From a virus: a stretch of 46,075 nucleotides of DNA. A model generated the notes under the pieces. It ran no database searches, was not told the DNA's origin, and saw nothing but the letters and a program-made list of their open reading frames with translations. Shown one piece after another: positions 1 to 9,829 of the stretch. The position numbers and the translations under genes were made by a program. Where the stretch lies: the IMG/VR virus record IMGVR_UViG_3300002461_000377, positions 1 to 46,075 of that record. One strand, written 5' to 3'. Within the stretch, counting starts at the first letter, position 1. The number at the start of each line of letters is the position of its first letter.

Positions 1-94
1 AAGAAGACGCTTACTCGCACTCCTCGCACCGATCCTTTCGAGGGCTCGTACTTCGAAGCTCATGGCATCAAGTGGGTAGTTGTGCCGCCGGCAG
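1..94. repeat. Copy 1 of a 94-bp exact direct repeat at the window ends (copy 2 at 45982..46075). Indicates circular closure or terminal redundancy.
   Basis: Bases 1-94 are identical to 45982-46075. The offset of 45981 is divisible by 3 and the polymerase frame is continuous across the junction. Confidence 0.95.
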
Positions 95-2064
95 AACAAC
101 TTGTCAGCGTGTCTTACGGTAGCCATTGGTATAAGCGCTGCTTCTCTAAGCTGACAACGCCCGAGAAGTGGTTCGCGCAAACTCCTTTCATATGGGATAC
201 AGTAGATGAGTTCTCCGCAAAAGGTGCATATGACGCTTTACACACGGCGCGTGCTATTGCCATCGATATTGAGACATCTCGTGATGGGCTCCGGCGAATA
301 CTCTGTGTCAATTACACCGGCATTTTCTTTAACAATAAAACAAGATGCTTCTATACAAGAGGATATGTTCTCCCTATCAACTCCATGCGCGCTGTGGGTT
401 GGATGCGTGCGTTCAACAGGCTTGACCCTCCAAAGATATTCCAGAACGGAAAGTACGACAACGCATACTTTACCCGCTACGGATGCCCAGTAACTAACTG
501 GTTCTTCGATACGCTGCATGGCTTTCACTGCTGGTATAGTGAGATGCCAAAGACTTTGGACTATCTCACAGCGTATCTGATACGAGACGTAGTGTACTGG
601 AAGGACCAGAGCGGCGAGGATCTTTATCAGTACAATGCCCGCGATGGTTGGGCTACTGCGAACGCATGGCTTGCGCTCATGAAAGAAGCGCCGGCGTACT
701 GGGAAGGTAATTACCAGCAAGAGTTCCCGCTAGTATTCCCGTGCTTGCAGATGGACCTGGACGGCCTAGCTGTTGACGAAGAATCGCGGGCCGGCTTATC
801 TATCACGCAACATGCACAGCTTGACGAGTCGCTGCTATCTCTGCGCCGCAGGCTCGGTGTGCCTAAGTTTAATCCTAGCAGCCCCGTGCAATGTAAGAAG
901 TTGTTGCAGGTACTATCGTGCTCCGGTAAAAAGCCGCTACCTCAAGAGCTTGCGAAAGTAACTAGCTCTGATAAGCGGGCAATGCAACTCTGCGCAGACA
1001 AGCACCCCCTTAATCAAATACTTATTGAGGCCCTCCTTGACTACCGCGAATCGCGTAAACTACTTAGTGACTACCTTGAAGCCGAACTCTATCACAGGCG
1101 CTTCTTGTATTCTCATAATCCCGGGGGCACCGATACTGGGCGGCTTGCTAGCAACGAGTCTTACTTTTGGTGCGGGCACCAGATACAAAACATGCCGGCG
1201 TACTGTAAGCAAATGCTCGTTGCCGATCCAGGATACCACCTCTGCGAAATTGATAAGGCTCAATCGGAATCGTGGTGTACTGGGTATCTTTCCGGCGACA
1301 CTAACCTCATCGCTGCCTTACAGTCCGGGCGAGATTTCCATTCAGTTAACGCAAGCGCTTTCTTTGGAATATCTTACGAAGATCTTTGGGATGTGGACGG
1401 AAACGAAACCAAAAACAAGCCCATCAGAGACTTAAGCAAGCGCACGAATCACGGCGCTAACTACAACATGCAAGAGAACATGCTACTAATAACAATGGGG
1501 GCGAAGAATGTCATTAAGGCCAAGGTTCTCCTCAAACTGCCAGCTGAATGGAGTCTTAAACGAGTATGTCAGTATCTGCTCCAACAGTTTGATAACACTT
1601 ACCCGGTGGTACGAGGAGCTTGGTATGAGCACGTGCGTTATTGCATACGTGCCACCAAGCTTTTGGTCGGGCCTACCGGCTGGACACGATACTGCTTTGG
1701 CGACCCGGATAGAAATAAACGGCACCTTAATGCATACGTCGCGCATCCCCCACAATCGTTGTCCGTTATGGTTGTTAATAGGGGGCTCACCAATATCTAC
1801 CGCGAACTTCAAGGTCCTGATCTGCGACTCAAGGCTCAGGTCCACGACTCAATTCTCTTTCAGTATCGAATTGGGCGACTCGATCTCGTACAACGAGCTG
1901 AAGAACTCATGCGAGTTACCGTCCCAGTCACCGATTGTTTTGGTACAACGAGAGAACTTACGATCCGTAATGATGTTAAATGTGGAGCGCGGAAATGGAG
2001 CGACTTAAAGAGCTTTTCGAAAGTACTAAAAGAGCAGCAATCGCAGTCTGCGTTATTGATGTAA
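1..2064 (+). CDS. DNA polymerase, family A (PolI-like) with 3'-5' exonuclease domain. The 5' end is cut by the window linearisation.
   Basis: Frame 1 is open from base 1. Exonuclease motifs: AIDIETS, QNGKYDNAYF, YNARDGW. Polymerase motifs: CEIDKAQSES (A), RDLSKRTNHGANYNM (B), QVHDSILF (C). Confidence 0.9.
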   Translation, partial: KKTLTRTPRTDPFEGSYFEAHGIKWVVVPPAEQLVSVSYGSHWYKRCFSKLTTPEKWFAQTPFIWDTVDEFSAKGAYDALHTARAIAIDIETSRDGLRRILCVNYTGIFFNNKTRCFYTRGYVLPINSMRAVGWMRAFNRLDPPKIFQNGKYDNAYFTRYGCPVTNWFFDTLHGFHCWYSEMPKTLDYLTAYLIRDVVYWKDQSGEDLYQYNARDGWATANAWLALMKEAPAYWEGNYQQEFPLVFPCLQMDLDGLAVDEESRAGLSITQHAQLDESLLSLRRRLGVPKFNPSSPVQCKKLLQVLSCSGKKPLPQELAKVTSSDKRAMQLCADKHPLNQILIEALLDYRESRKLLSDYLEAELYHRRFLYSHNPGGTDTGRLASNESYFWCGHQIQNMPAYCKQMLVADPGYHLCEIDKAQSESWCTGYLSGDTNLIAALQSGRDFHSVNASAFFGISYEDLWDVDGNETKNKPIRDLSKRTNHGANYNMQENMLLITMGAKNVIKAKVLLKLPAEWSLKRVCQYLLQQFDNTYPVVRGAWYEHVRYCIRATKLLVGPTGWTRYCFGDPDRNKRHLNAYVAHPPQSLSVMVVNRGLTNIYRELQGPDLRLKAQVHDSILFQYRIGRLDLVQRAEELMRVTVPVTDCFGTTRELTIRNDVKCGARKWSDLKSFSKVLKEQQSQSALLM

Positions 2065-2183
2065 TCGATATCATTCCGTTCATCATAGCAGCTTGCGGCT
2101 TCATTGTTGGTGTCTTAGTAACTGCCGCCGTCACGGGGTATAACACAGGGAGGAACTGGGTATGTCATCGGGTAACGGAGTAG
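1995..2183 (+). CDS. Small hypothetical membrane protein (62 aa)
   Basis: ATG at 1995 lies 7 nt after GGAG. Hydrophobic segment IIPFIIAACGFIVGVLVTAAV. Overlaps the 3' end of the polymerase gene. Confidence 0.35.
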   Translation: MERLKELFESTKRAAIAVCVIDVIDIIPFIIAACGFIVGVLVTAAVTGYNTGRNWVCHRVTE

Positions 2184-2383
2184 AGAGCGGGGAATGTAAG
2201 GAGTGTGGGGTTACTATTAGCGGGCCGGCGGCACTCTTGCATGAAGGTACGAAGGACTTACCTGGTAAGTATATCCGCGATCGTATCTGCTTGGTGCGTG
2301 AGGTAGAAGAAAACATTGATACCGGAGCAATCATTACCCGCTGGTATCTCGACGAGATGCATGTGCCGGAGACTCCGAGATGA
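2162..2383 (+). CDS. Hypothetical protein (73 aa) with a CxxC motif
   Basis: ORF lies in the plus-strand gene series. CKEC motif. Its stop overlaps the next start (ATGA). Confidence 0.4.
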   Translation: MSSGNGVESGECKECGVTISGPAALLHEGTKDLPGKYIRDRICLVREVEENIDTGAIITRWYLDEMHVPETPR

Positions 2384-2640
2384 GAATCAAGATGCACCAA
2401 GCGCGCTCAGGTAGCCAAGTAAATCGCATAACCTTGGAGTGGCGCACGCAGGAATTAGCTGATGCTTTGGAACTTGCCGGCCCTGTAAGAAAAGACGCGC
2501 TGAAGACTGCATCCGAGTTAGATAGCGCCGCGGGCCGCATATTTCGGGCGTATCTCATAGCCTCAGTTATCGAGGACTCTGTGCATGCTAAGAGATCCCC
2601 GGAGCCCCCGCCGCCGCTGATACTACCTCCTGGGTACTGA
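2380..2640 (+). CDS. Hypothetical protein (86 aa)
   Basis: ATGA start/stop overlap with the upstream ORF suggests translational coupling. Confidence 0.45.
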   Translation: MRIKMHQARSGSQVNRITLEWRTQELADALELAGPVRKDALKTASELDSAAGRIFRAYLIASVIEDSVHAKRSPEPPPPLILPPGY

Positions 2641-2646
2641 CTCATC

Positions 2647-3870
2647 ATGGCAAAAGACGCCTCATTTTTTGACGCGTACTTTGCCTATACTGCCGGCGAT
2701 GAAGTACCGCTTATCTATCATCGGTGGTGTGCAATAGCTGGAGTCGGCGCCTTGTTAGGTCGCCGGTTCTGGCTTAAGCACGGGCGTAGTACCATATGGC
2801 CAACGCAGTACCTGATGCTTATTGGTGGTCCCGGTGCCCGCAAAGATACAGCGATAGCATGCATTCGCGGGTTACTAAAAGCTAGCGGGTATGAATCCTT
2901 AGCAGCTACTAAGACAACAAAAGAGAAGTTCCTCTTGGACTTAGAAGGGCTCCCGGAGGGGCAAATAACGGCGGAGCAACTAGATGAATTCTTACGAGAA
3001 GACTCTGACCCTCGGGAAGTTTTTATCATGGCAGGGGAGTTCGGAGAATTCCTAGGCTATGGTAACATAGAGTTCGTATCCCTGCTGACAGCGTTGTGGG
3101 ATTATACGGGTGTGTTTGAGTCTCGTCTTAAGAACTCGCGCTCGGTTAAGATACAAGATCCAACTGTCAGCATACTCGGAGGTAACACGCCCGCGGGATT
3201 TGCACTTACTTTCCCGCCAGAAATCATCGGGCAGGGATTCTTTAGCCGCTTACTACTTATCTACGGAGAGCCGACAGGGAGACGTATCACCTGGCCTACA
3301 GTACCATCAGAAGCAGATGTCGCTGCTATGGCTAAACTGATGAGGGATATTCAATATGCTATCCATGGCGAAGCTATCCTTCCGCCTGACACACAGCTGG
3401 CACTTGATGAGATTTACCAGGGCTGGAGTGATTTGGAAGATGCTCGGTTTCTTAATTACAGCAACAGGAGACTTACTCATCTATTTAAGCTGTGCCTTAT
3501 TTGTGCTGCTTGCCGTCTTTCAAGAACTGTCGAGTTACAGGATGTTACCCTTGCCAATACCATTCTTACACACGCTGAAGGACTTATGCCTAGAGCACTG
3601 GGCGAGTTTGGTAAAAGCAGGCATGCTGATGTTAGCGCTAAGGTGCTATCTTTTTTGGAGACAGTAGGGAAGCCCGCGACTATCACAGATATTTGGAAGG
3701 CCGTCTCCACGGATCTTGAGAAGCTCAATGACTTAGGTAATATCCTCATGAACCTGGAGCAGGCGGAGAAGATTCAGCGCGTAGCTAAGCAAGGATTCCT
3801 GCCGCTGAAGAAGGCCCGCGGAGTTAATAGTAAGTACGTAGATTTTTCGTTGTTACCTGAAGCACGTTAA
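2647..3870 (+). CDS. P-loop NTPase, putative replicative helicase (DUF3987/VirE-like by motif impression)
   Basis: Walker A-like LIGGPGARKDT, acidic FIMAGEFGEF, and an ILGGNTP block. Lies next to the DNA polymerase. Confidence 0.5.
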   Translation: MAKDASFFDAYFAYTAGDEVPLIYHRWCAIAGVGALLGRRFWLKHGRSTIWPTQYLMLIGGPGARKDTAIACIRGLLKASGYESLAATKTTKEKFLLDLEGLPEGQITAEQLDEFLREDSDPREVFIMAGEFGEFLGYGNIEFVSLLTALWDYTGVFESRLKNSRSVKIQDPTVSILGGNTPAGFALTFPPEIIGQGFFSRLLLIYGEPTGRRITWPTVPSEADVAAMAKLMRDIQYAIHGEAILPPDTQLALDEIYQGWSDLEDARFLNYSNRRLTHLFKLCLICAACRLSRTVELQDVTLANTILTHAEGLMPRALGEFGKSRHADVSAKVLSFLETVGKPATITDIWKAVSTDLEKLNDLGNILMNLEQAEKIQRVAKQGFLPLKKARGVNSKYVDFSLLPEAR

Positions 3871-3893
3871 CTCATAGTACGACTGGAGCTAAG

Positions 3894-4412
3894 ATGAATA
3901 ACTACGATAAAGTTGCACTTTTCTTGCGCGTCGGCGGCATTAAGCAAGGGGAGCTGGCAGATATACGCACCGATGCTACGGCACGAAGTACGGAAAGAAG
4001 CTACGCTCTTATCATGGAGGAGTTCAACGAGCTAGAAGAAGCTATGGAGAAGTTTCGGGCGGACCGCAGCTTGCAAACTCTCATCGATGTTACTGACGCA
4101 CTCATTGATATCGAGTACGTTATTAACAACATGCACTACGAGCTGGGCTTGCCCGCGATGAAGCTCTTTAACGAGGTGCATGAGTCTAACATGCGGAAGC
4201 TTCTACCTTGCCCGTCGTGCCAGGTTAGCAAGGAAGACGGGTGCGCGATGTGCAACTACACCGGCTTCGTAGTAAGGAAGAGCCCCGTTGGCAAGATCCT
4301 TAAGCCGGAAGGCTGGCAAAAACCTGATATATCTAAAGTGCTTTGCCGAGCCTACGAAGAATCTGTAGACAGGGTAACCGAACTTCGTGATGTGAAAGGA
4401 GCAGGGGAATGA
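3894..4412 (+). CDS. MazG-like nucleoside triphosphate pyrophosphohydrolase with an inserted Cys4 element
   Basis: EEFNELEEAME and DALIDIEYV acidic helices typical of all-alpha NTP-PPases. CPSC...CAMC insertion. C-terminal GKILKPEGWQKPD. Confidence 0.65.
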   Translation: MNNYDKVALFLRVGGIKQGELADIRTDATARSTERSYALIMEEFNELEEAMEKFRADRSLQTLIDVTDALIDIEYVINNMHYELGLPAMKLFNEVHESNMRKLLPCPSCQVSKEDGCAMCNYTGFVVRKSPVGKILKPEGWQKPDISKVLCRAYEESVDRVTELRDVKGAGE

Positions 4413-4804
4413 AAGCAAAATACGAGATCGTCGTAACTCGGATCACGCTGGAGAAGGAGATGGTTGCAGAGAAGTGGCAACCTATCGGCTCGCACGTAGT
4501 AGAAGGTAGCGACAAGCTTGGCACTACGTATGGCTATCCGCCAAGCCGAAAGCAGGAAGTCGAGAAACGGGAACAGATATTTCACCAGACGTTGGAAGCT
4601 CTGGATCTGTCCCGGCTTGTGGTGGCGATTCAGAATGAAGCTAAGACGCCCGCGCCTGTTATCTACGACCCGCAAACTCATACTTACGTAGAAGGCGTCG
4701 GGCTTGTAGAGCGCAAGCCGTGGACCGATCCACAGAAACTAGTGGAGATGCTTAAAGGTGCTCCTAATGACCTTCCTAAGGACCTAGATCTTCCGCCCGT
4801 GTAG
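4409..4804 (+). CDS. Hypothetical protein (131 aa), the last gene of the plus arm
   Basis: ATGA overlap with the MazG stop. Its 3' end overlaps the convergent minus-strand ORF by 29 nt. Confidence 0.5.
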   Translation: MKAKYEIVVTRITLEKEMVAEKWQPIGSHVVEGSDKLGTTYGYPPSRKQEVEKREQIFHQTLEALDLSRLVVAIQNEAKTPAPVIYDPQTHTYVEGVGLVERKPWTDPQKLVEMLKGAPNDLPKDLDLPPV

Positions 4805-7800
4805 TTCCGCCACTCATGAAATCAGGAAGGCGTTCACCACCCATGATCTCTTGCAATCCTTGTGCTAGCGGATTATTTAGCTTATCCCGCAGCACATTGA
4901 CTTGGCTGGTGTTCGCCATCCGCATCTGCGTTACCATGAACTTGGAGAACTGATCTTGCCTGCCCCCACTCTTAGCGTAAGCCAGCGCAAAGTCTTGTAC
5001 TTCGTCGTCAGACGGATTACCGCCCGCGACAAGCGTTGTCTTGATTGCACTTCCAAGCTTCTCACGACGTGCCCGGTCCTTGGCTTGATACGCTTTGATA
5101 CGGTAGAGCGCATCGAGAGCGACAGCCTCATCAAAGGGCTTGCCACCAGCCATCCGCGCTGCATTAGAAATATCGAACAAATCGATGCTACTAAGGAGCG
5201 AGCCTTTACTCGTGGTCGTATACCCATTGAGTACTTGTGCAATGCCAGCAAGAGGTCTATTAAGGCCGTTATGTTCCAGACCTTGCAGGATAGTATCTTT
5301 GAACTCACCCCCTTTAGAGAGTTTACTGGCAGTGTCAAGCAGATTGCCAAAGAAGCCCGCAGTTGCTTTAACAAGCGGGATTTCAGCTGGATCTACTGGG
5401 AGCACTGTTATCTGCCGGGGGTTGATATCCCCTCTGCTATACAGATTAAACTTGAGGTCCGGATGGAGCAGGCCGAGAGCATTACTAGCAAGGCCGTAGA
5501 GGAGCCAATCGCCAGCCTCTTTGCCCGCGACGCTATAAGCAGCATGGTAGATATCCTTGTGAGCGGGGTTCCCATCTGCATTACCGACGAGATGCGTGTT
5601 GATAGCGTGGAAACCAGGGAGGCCCTGAAGTCCATAGATAGTACCCTGCATCATAAGTAAGTTAATAGCGCCTCTGCTTTGCTCCGTACTTACATACCGA
5701 AGTAAATTCTGCAGGAGGTTGAATTGATAAGTCTGGAACAGCCCGATAGCCTGCCCGATGACGCCCTGAAATACGATTGGTCGTTGGCTGGCGAGATAAT
5801 TTCCTGCCACACGATTGGTAAAAGTTTGTATATATGCGGCTGCTTCGCGGCTACTCATGAGGCCGTTGGTGGTTGCAATATCGGTAAGCTGCTTCATACT
5901 GGCAGCAGCTACGAACCGGGTAAACTCCTCCGAAAATTTATTCCCAGTTATCTTACTGCCAAGTTCAAGAGCGCTGGTAACCCGCGCGTCGAGAGCTGCA
6001 GCAGTTTCATTTCCGCGCACAGTAAGATTGTCAAGCATCTGCCTGTGCTGATACAGGAAGTCGCTTACCACATTCATGTTGCGGAATTCGTTAAGCAGTA
6101 CCCCTCCAGCGCGCGCATCTTCAAAGTACATCTTAATACTATTGCCGAGCAGCTTCCATGTCGTTGGCATGGCGACCTTACCATTAGTGCCTGGCACTAT
6201 CACTTCTCTGAGGCCGGCCAGCTGCCCGACGACATCAGCGTTTCCGTTTTTAATGGCTCTGAGTACATGCGACATCTCAGAACTATAGAGTATTGGAGTG
6301 CCGACGATGTTGTTAAGTGCATTAAGCGGGTCTAGCCCGAGGATAGTACCGCTGAGAATAGCCTGTGCCTTAGCTACGAATCGTCCAAGGTACGGCTTCT
6401 CAGCAATCTCGTTTGCCAGCAGTCGCTCCATCCCATCACGGTAAGGCTGCCCGAGGCCGTAGTCACTGGCCATCTTATTAAAAGCTGTAGCCTCCGCGTC
6501 CCCGAATTTGCCAAGACCTATAAAGCCCTCGCGAATTATCTTGGCACTCTTGCTTACTGAGTCTTCTACCCAAGTATTGATAGACCTCCAAGGCCCGTAC
6601 TCGCTGCTCCGACTGATATTGAGCATCGTCTTAATGATGTCATTGTACGGGTTGTCCGCGCTATCTACTACGGACTGAGCAACGGAGCGGAACTGCGAGG
6701 ATTCCACAGCGCCATAGCGAAGACCAAGCTGGCGTAGCTCCTCCGTAGTATGAGCATAGCGCATCTCTACGCCTTCCCGCACCAGCTTTATTTCCTCCCG
6801 CATGTGCCATTCCATGAACTCCGTGGAAATCTTCTCACTAGCTCCCTTGCCCGCGGGTGGGATAACATCGCTAAGAGCGCCGGCTCTGCGCAGGGAAGTA
6901 TCAACGAAGTTCTCATTAAGCCCGAGAGAGTATTCGTAATCTCCGCGCGCCTGGTGATAGAGCTTGCTATCAAACTTCGTTATCACCTGCCCGGAATGCT
7001 TACCCTCGAAAGTATCCTTGCCTGTCTGCCGCATGAATACCATGCGTTGAAACTCGGGCCGCCTCGACATCTCGTCGATCTTAGCAGATAGTCCTTCAGC
7101 AGTCTGACTTACGATGACACCGACATGGGGCTGTGCTCCAATGCCATCGTGCTGACGTACTAGGGCAAAGAACTTAAAGTCGCGAGTGTTAACAGGCGGA
7201 AAGTATAGCAGCGGGAGCCCGCGTTTTTCTGCGTCAGTAACGTCTCCGAGACCGCGGGCAGCTCTAGCATTTCTATAGTGCGTCCTACGACCTTCGTTAA
7301 TATTGATATGCTGGTCTAGGAATGCGTAAACATCCTTGGACACGTCGAGACGTATTGGAGTGCCCGCGAATACTGGCGCGTAGTCTTCCTTCAATATTGG
7401 CACGAGACTACCATCCGCCCCCTTAACCCACTTCTCGATAGCGTCATGCATGACAAGCTGGTTATTAGCACGGTCGAGCATGAACTTCTCTGGCGACCGC
7501 TGCACCATGCTCTTGATGAATGACAGCTCTGCCGTAAGTTTCTCGTCCCGCAGGATAGGAGCGAGAGTGCTAGTTACCTGCTTAGTAACCTCATCGATCT
7601 TTGCCTTAGACGCACGATCGACAAAGGAGCCAATGCGTTCCGCCATTGATGCGATACTTCCGTACTCTCCGCTGGCAAAACTGATGAAGCCGGCGCCCGC
7701 GCCTTCTCTGCTAGCATCTCGAATGAGATAGTAGAGTTCTTCCGGAGACGGGATCGCACTGACGCCGGCCTCGCCGCTAAACATATTTGCGAAGACATTC

Positions 7801-9827
7801 TCGAACGACTGCATGGACTTAAGAATCTGCGCATTGACAAGTGCCTCGCCACGCAATACGTTACCATCAGTATTGATGGATGCAGTATCGTACACCATCC
7901 TGCCGTGAGTAGGCTTGAGGAAACTGCGGGCCTCATCCAGCCCCTCACGTATGTACCCCTTAGATACGTCCGTCAGGAATTCCGGAGTAATGTTGAGCCG
8001 GTAGGCTATCTCCAGCTCATCCATGTTCTTCTTAATCATTTGCAGCGCAAGGTCACTCTTAACTTCGGCAATGTAATCCGACAGGGCTTCTACGCTGCGC
8101 AGTGCCCGGCTTCCTTCTGCGATATATACCAGCTGTGTATTATCACGAAGCGCCTTCTCAAGCATAGGGATGTCGTACTTACTGATAGTTGCCGACATGC
8201 CAAGAGGCGTCTCATCTAGCAGTGTATAGATATGGCGGGCATTAAGATCGAGCGCATCATCTGTCAGAGGATTGAGCGCCGTAGCTGCCTTAGTGTAGAT
8301 CTTGTCACCGATGCGAAGTCCTTGAGCAACTCGCTTAATCTCGTCAGCATTCTTAGCGAGATCAACGACTGTAGGCATTGCCCGCGTCAGGTACTCGCCA
8401 GTTTTGAAGTTAACGATGAGCGCGCTAGTAGCGTCATCATCGCCGGCAAGGATTGCAGCGCTAGACAGCGGCTTCTTTCTACCCGCGTACAACGGGTCTA
8501 CGAAGTACTCGATGTTAGGCTTACGCGCAAACTGCGCGGGCTCCAAGCCATCGGCAAGTGTGGCACCATAAGTAGATGCCTTATAGCGCTCAGCTAGCTG
8601 CGTCGGCACATCAACGTAGACAATCTTACCGTCAGGATAGTCTTTCTGCAGGTAGCCTTTAGCTTCCTCCAGGTTGCTGGTAAACCAACGGCCGCCGGCA
8701 GCAGATCCTTCGCCAAGCTCCTCGGCACCTTTAGCAGCTTCAGCACGAAACAGTCTAGTAACGTTCTTCCCGGGATCAGTAAACTGCGTACCTTGCTTAG
8801 GCGCATCTGCTAAGGTGATGCGCTCCAAGCTCTTCAGGTTAGCAAGGTTATCTGCTACTTCATCGACGCTCTTGCTAGCAAGGATTTGCTCGCGCAGTGC
8901 GTTACCAAGAGCCGCATCCCCGCCTGCCAGCTTCTGCGCCTCGATGCCGATAAGGTTATCTGCCGTATTGTTAGCTTCGAGCGCGAGCTGCAGCTGCTTA
9001 TCAGTGCCATCCACGGGGCGCCGGAATTTGCTGCCCGCGAGTAAGATGATATTCTTCTCGGGTGTTGCGTTCCCTGCTAGGTAGGAGTTATGGCGATAGA
9101 TGAAGTCGCCCGCGTCAACCTCCTTCGTAACAGAGCGCAGCTTCCACCAGTCCTTACCTCCTTGTATCGAGCCGCCGATAACACCGCCAAGAGCCATACC
9201 TCCGAGAGCATTCCAGAATATGTCCTTAGCAGACATCTGATCTAGCATCGGAGATTGATTCATTGTAGCGACCACGGCTAGTTCAAAGGCAGCAGCCTCT
9301 AGCGCCTCGTTACCAAAGCCGGCACCTAGCATCTTTGCCCGCGTGGCAGTCAGCACCTTGAAGGTATTAGTGCTATCTGCGATGTCCATCTTAGCTTTGA
9401 GCAGTAGCTCTGCGTGCTTGTTCTTGAATAGGCCCGTAGCAAGATAGCCATTAGCGCCATGCCCACCAGATTGCATAAGGCGCAGAGCCTTAATACCAAG
9501 CATCCCGGGCACCAAGCTGGACCCGACAAAGCCTGCGATATCAATGCCCTCTTTATTCTGCACGTAGTAATTCGCGAGGTCATCATCGAAGCTTCGAAGT
9601 GTACTCTCGACATTCATCTTTTCGATGTTGGCGTTAGTAGCCCAGTTGATGCCCGCGATTGCTGTGTTAACAATACCGCTAATACCACTCACGCCAGCAC
9701 CGAATACCCCGTAAGTAGCAGCTTTACCAAGCTCCTCAACCCACGAGGTTTTACCGCCGGCAACGTTGTGCGCGTCAGCCGACATAATAAGGGGGTTGCT
9801 TGCAGCATCTTCGTCTGTGAGGGCCAT
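4776..9827 (-). CDS. Large internal virion / DNA-ejection protein (1683 aa)
   Basis: Uninterrupted 5 kb ORF at the distal end of the structural arm. Position is analogous to T7 gp16-type proteins. Confidence 0.6.
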   Translation of the reverse strand: MALTDEDAASNPLIMSADAHNVAGGKTSWVEELGKAATYGVFGAGVSGISGIVNTAIAGINWATNANIEKMNVESTLRSFDDDLANYYVQNKEGIDIAGFVGSSLVPGMLGIKALRLMQSGGHGANGYLATGLFKNKHAELLLKAKMDIADSTNTFKVLTATRAKMLGAGFGNEALEAAAFELAVVATMNQSPMLDQMSAKDIFWNALGGMALGGVIGGSIQGGKDWWKLRSVTKEVDAGDFIYRHNSYLAGNATPEKNIILLAGSKFRRPVDGTDKQLQLALEANNTADNLIGIEAQKLAGGDAALGNALREQILASKSVDEVADNLANLKSLERITLADAPKQGTQFTDPGKNVTRLFRAEAAKGAEELGEGSAAGGRWFTSNLEEAKGYLQKDYPDGKIVYVDVPTQLAERYKASTYGATLADGLEPAQFARKPNIEYFVDPLYAGRKKPLSSAAILAGDDDATSALIVNFKTGEYLTRAMPTVVDLAKNADEIKRVAQGLRIGDKIYTKAATALNPLTDDALDLNARHIYTLLDETPLGMSATISKYDIPMLEKALRDNTQLVYIAEGSRALRSVEALSDYIAEVKSDLALQMIKKNMDELEIAYRLNITPEFLTDVSKGYIREGLDEARSFLKPTHGRMVYDTASINTDGNVLRGEALVNAQILKSMQSFENVFANMFSGEAGVSAIPSPEELYYLIRDASREGAGAGFISFASGEYGSIASMAERIGSFVDRASKAKIDEVTKQVTSTLAPILRDEKLTAELSFIKSMVQRSPEKFMLDRANNQLVMHDAIEKWVKGADGSLVPILKEDYAPVFAGTPIRLDVSKDVYAFLDQHININEGRRTHYRNARAARGLGDVTDAEKRGLPLLYFPPVNTRDFKFFALVRQHDGIGAQPHVGVIVSQTAEGLSAKIDEMSRRPEFQRMVFMRQTGKDTFEGKHSGQVITKFDSKLYHQARGDYEYSLGLNENFVDTSLRRAGALSDVIPPAGKGASEKISTEFMEWHMREEIKLVREGVEMRYAHTTEELRQLGLRYGAVESSQFRSVAQSVVDSADNPYNDIIKTMLNISRSSEYGPWRSINTWVEDSVSKSAKIIREGFIGLGKFGDAEATAFNKMASDYGLGQPYRDGMERLLANEIAEKPYLGRFVAKAQAILSGTILGLDPLNALNNIVGTPILYSSEMSHVLRAIKNGNADVVGQLAGLREVIVPGTNGKVAMPTTWKLLGNSIKMYFEDARAGGVLLNEFRNMNVVSDFLYQHRQMLDNLTVRGNETAAALDARVTSALELGSKITGNKFSEEFTRFVAAASMKQLTDIATTNGLMSSREAAAYIQTFTNRVAGNYLASQRPIVFQGVIGQAIGLFQTYQFNLLQNLLRYVSTEQSRGAINLLMMQGTIYGLQGLPGFHAINTHLVGNADGNPAHKDIYHAAYSVAGKEAGDWLLYGLASNALGLLHPDLKFNLYSRGDINPRQITVLPVDPAEIPLVKATAGFFGNLLDTASKLSKGGEFKDTILQGLEHNGLNRPLAGIAQVLNGYTTTSKGSLLSSIDLFDISNAARMAGGKPFDEAVALDALYRIKAYQAKDRARREKLGSAIKTTLVAGGNPSDDEVQDFALAYAKSGGRQDQFSKFMVTQMRMANTSQVNVLRDKLNNPLAQGLQEIMGGERLPDFMSGGTTRAEDLGP

Positions 9828-9829
9828 GA

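Noticed and set aside
8560-8800. A possible R-S-E ADP-ribosyltransferase signature in the 1683-aa virion protein (LFRAE ... WFTSNL ... NIEYF)
   Set aside because: Only loose matches to the aromatic-R and STS motifs, and no clear (Q/E)xE. A by-eye motif match in a 1683-aa protein is likely to be chance. A profile search is needed before any claim.
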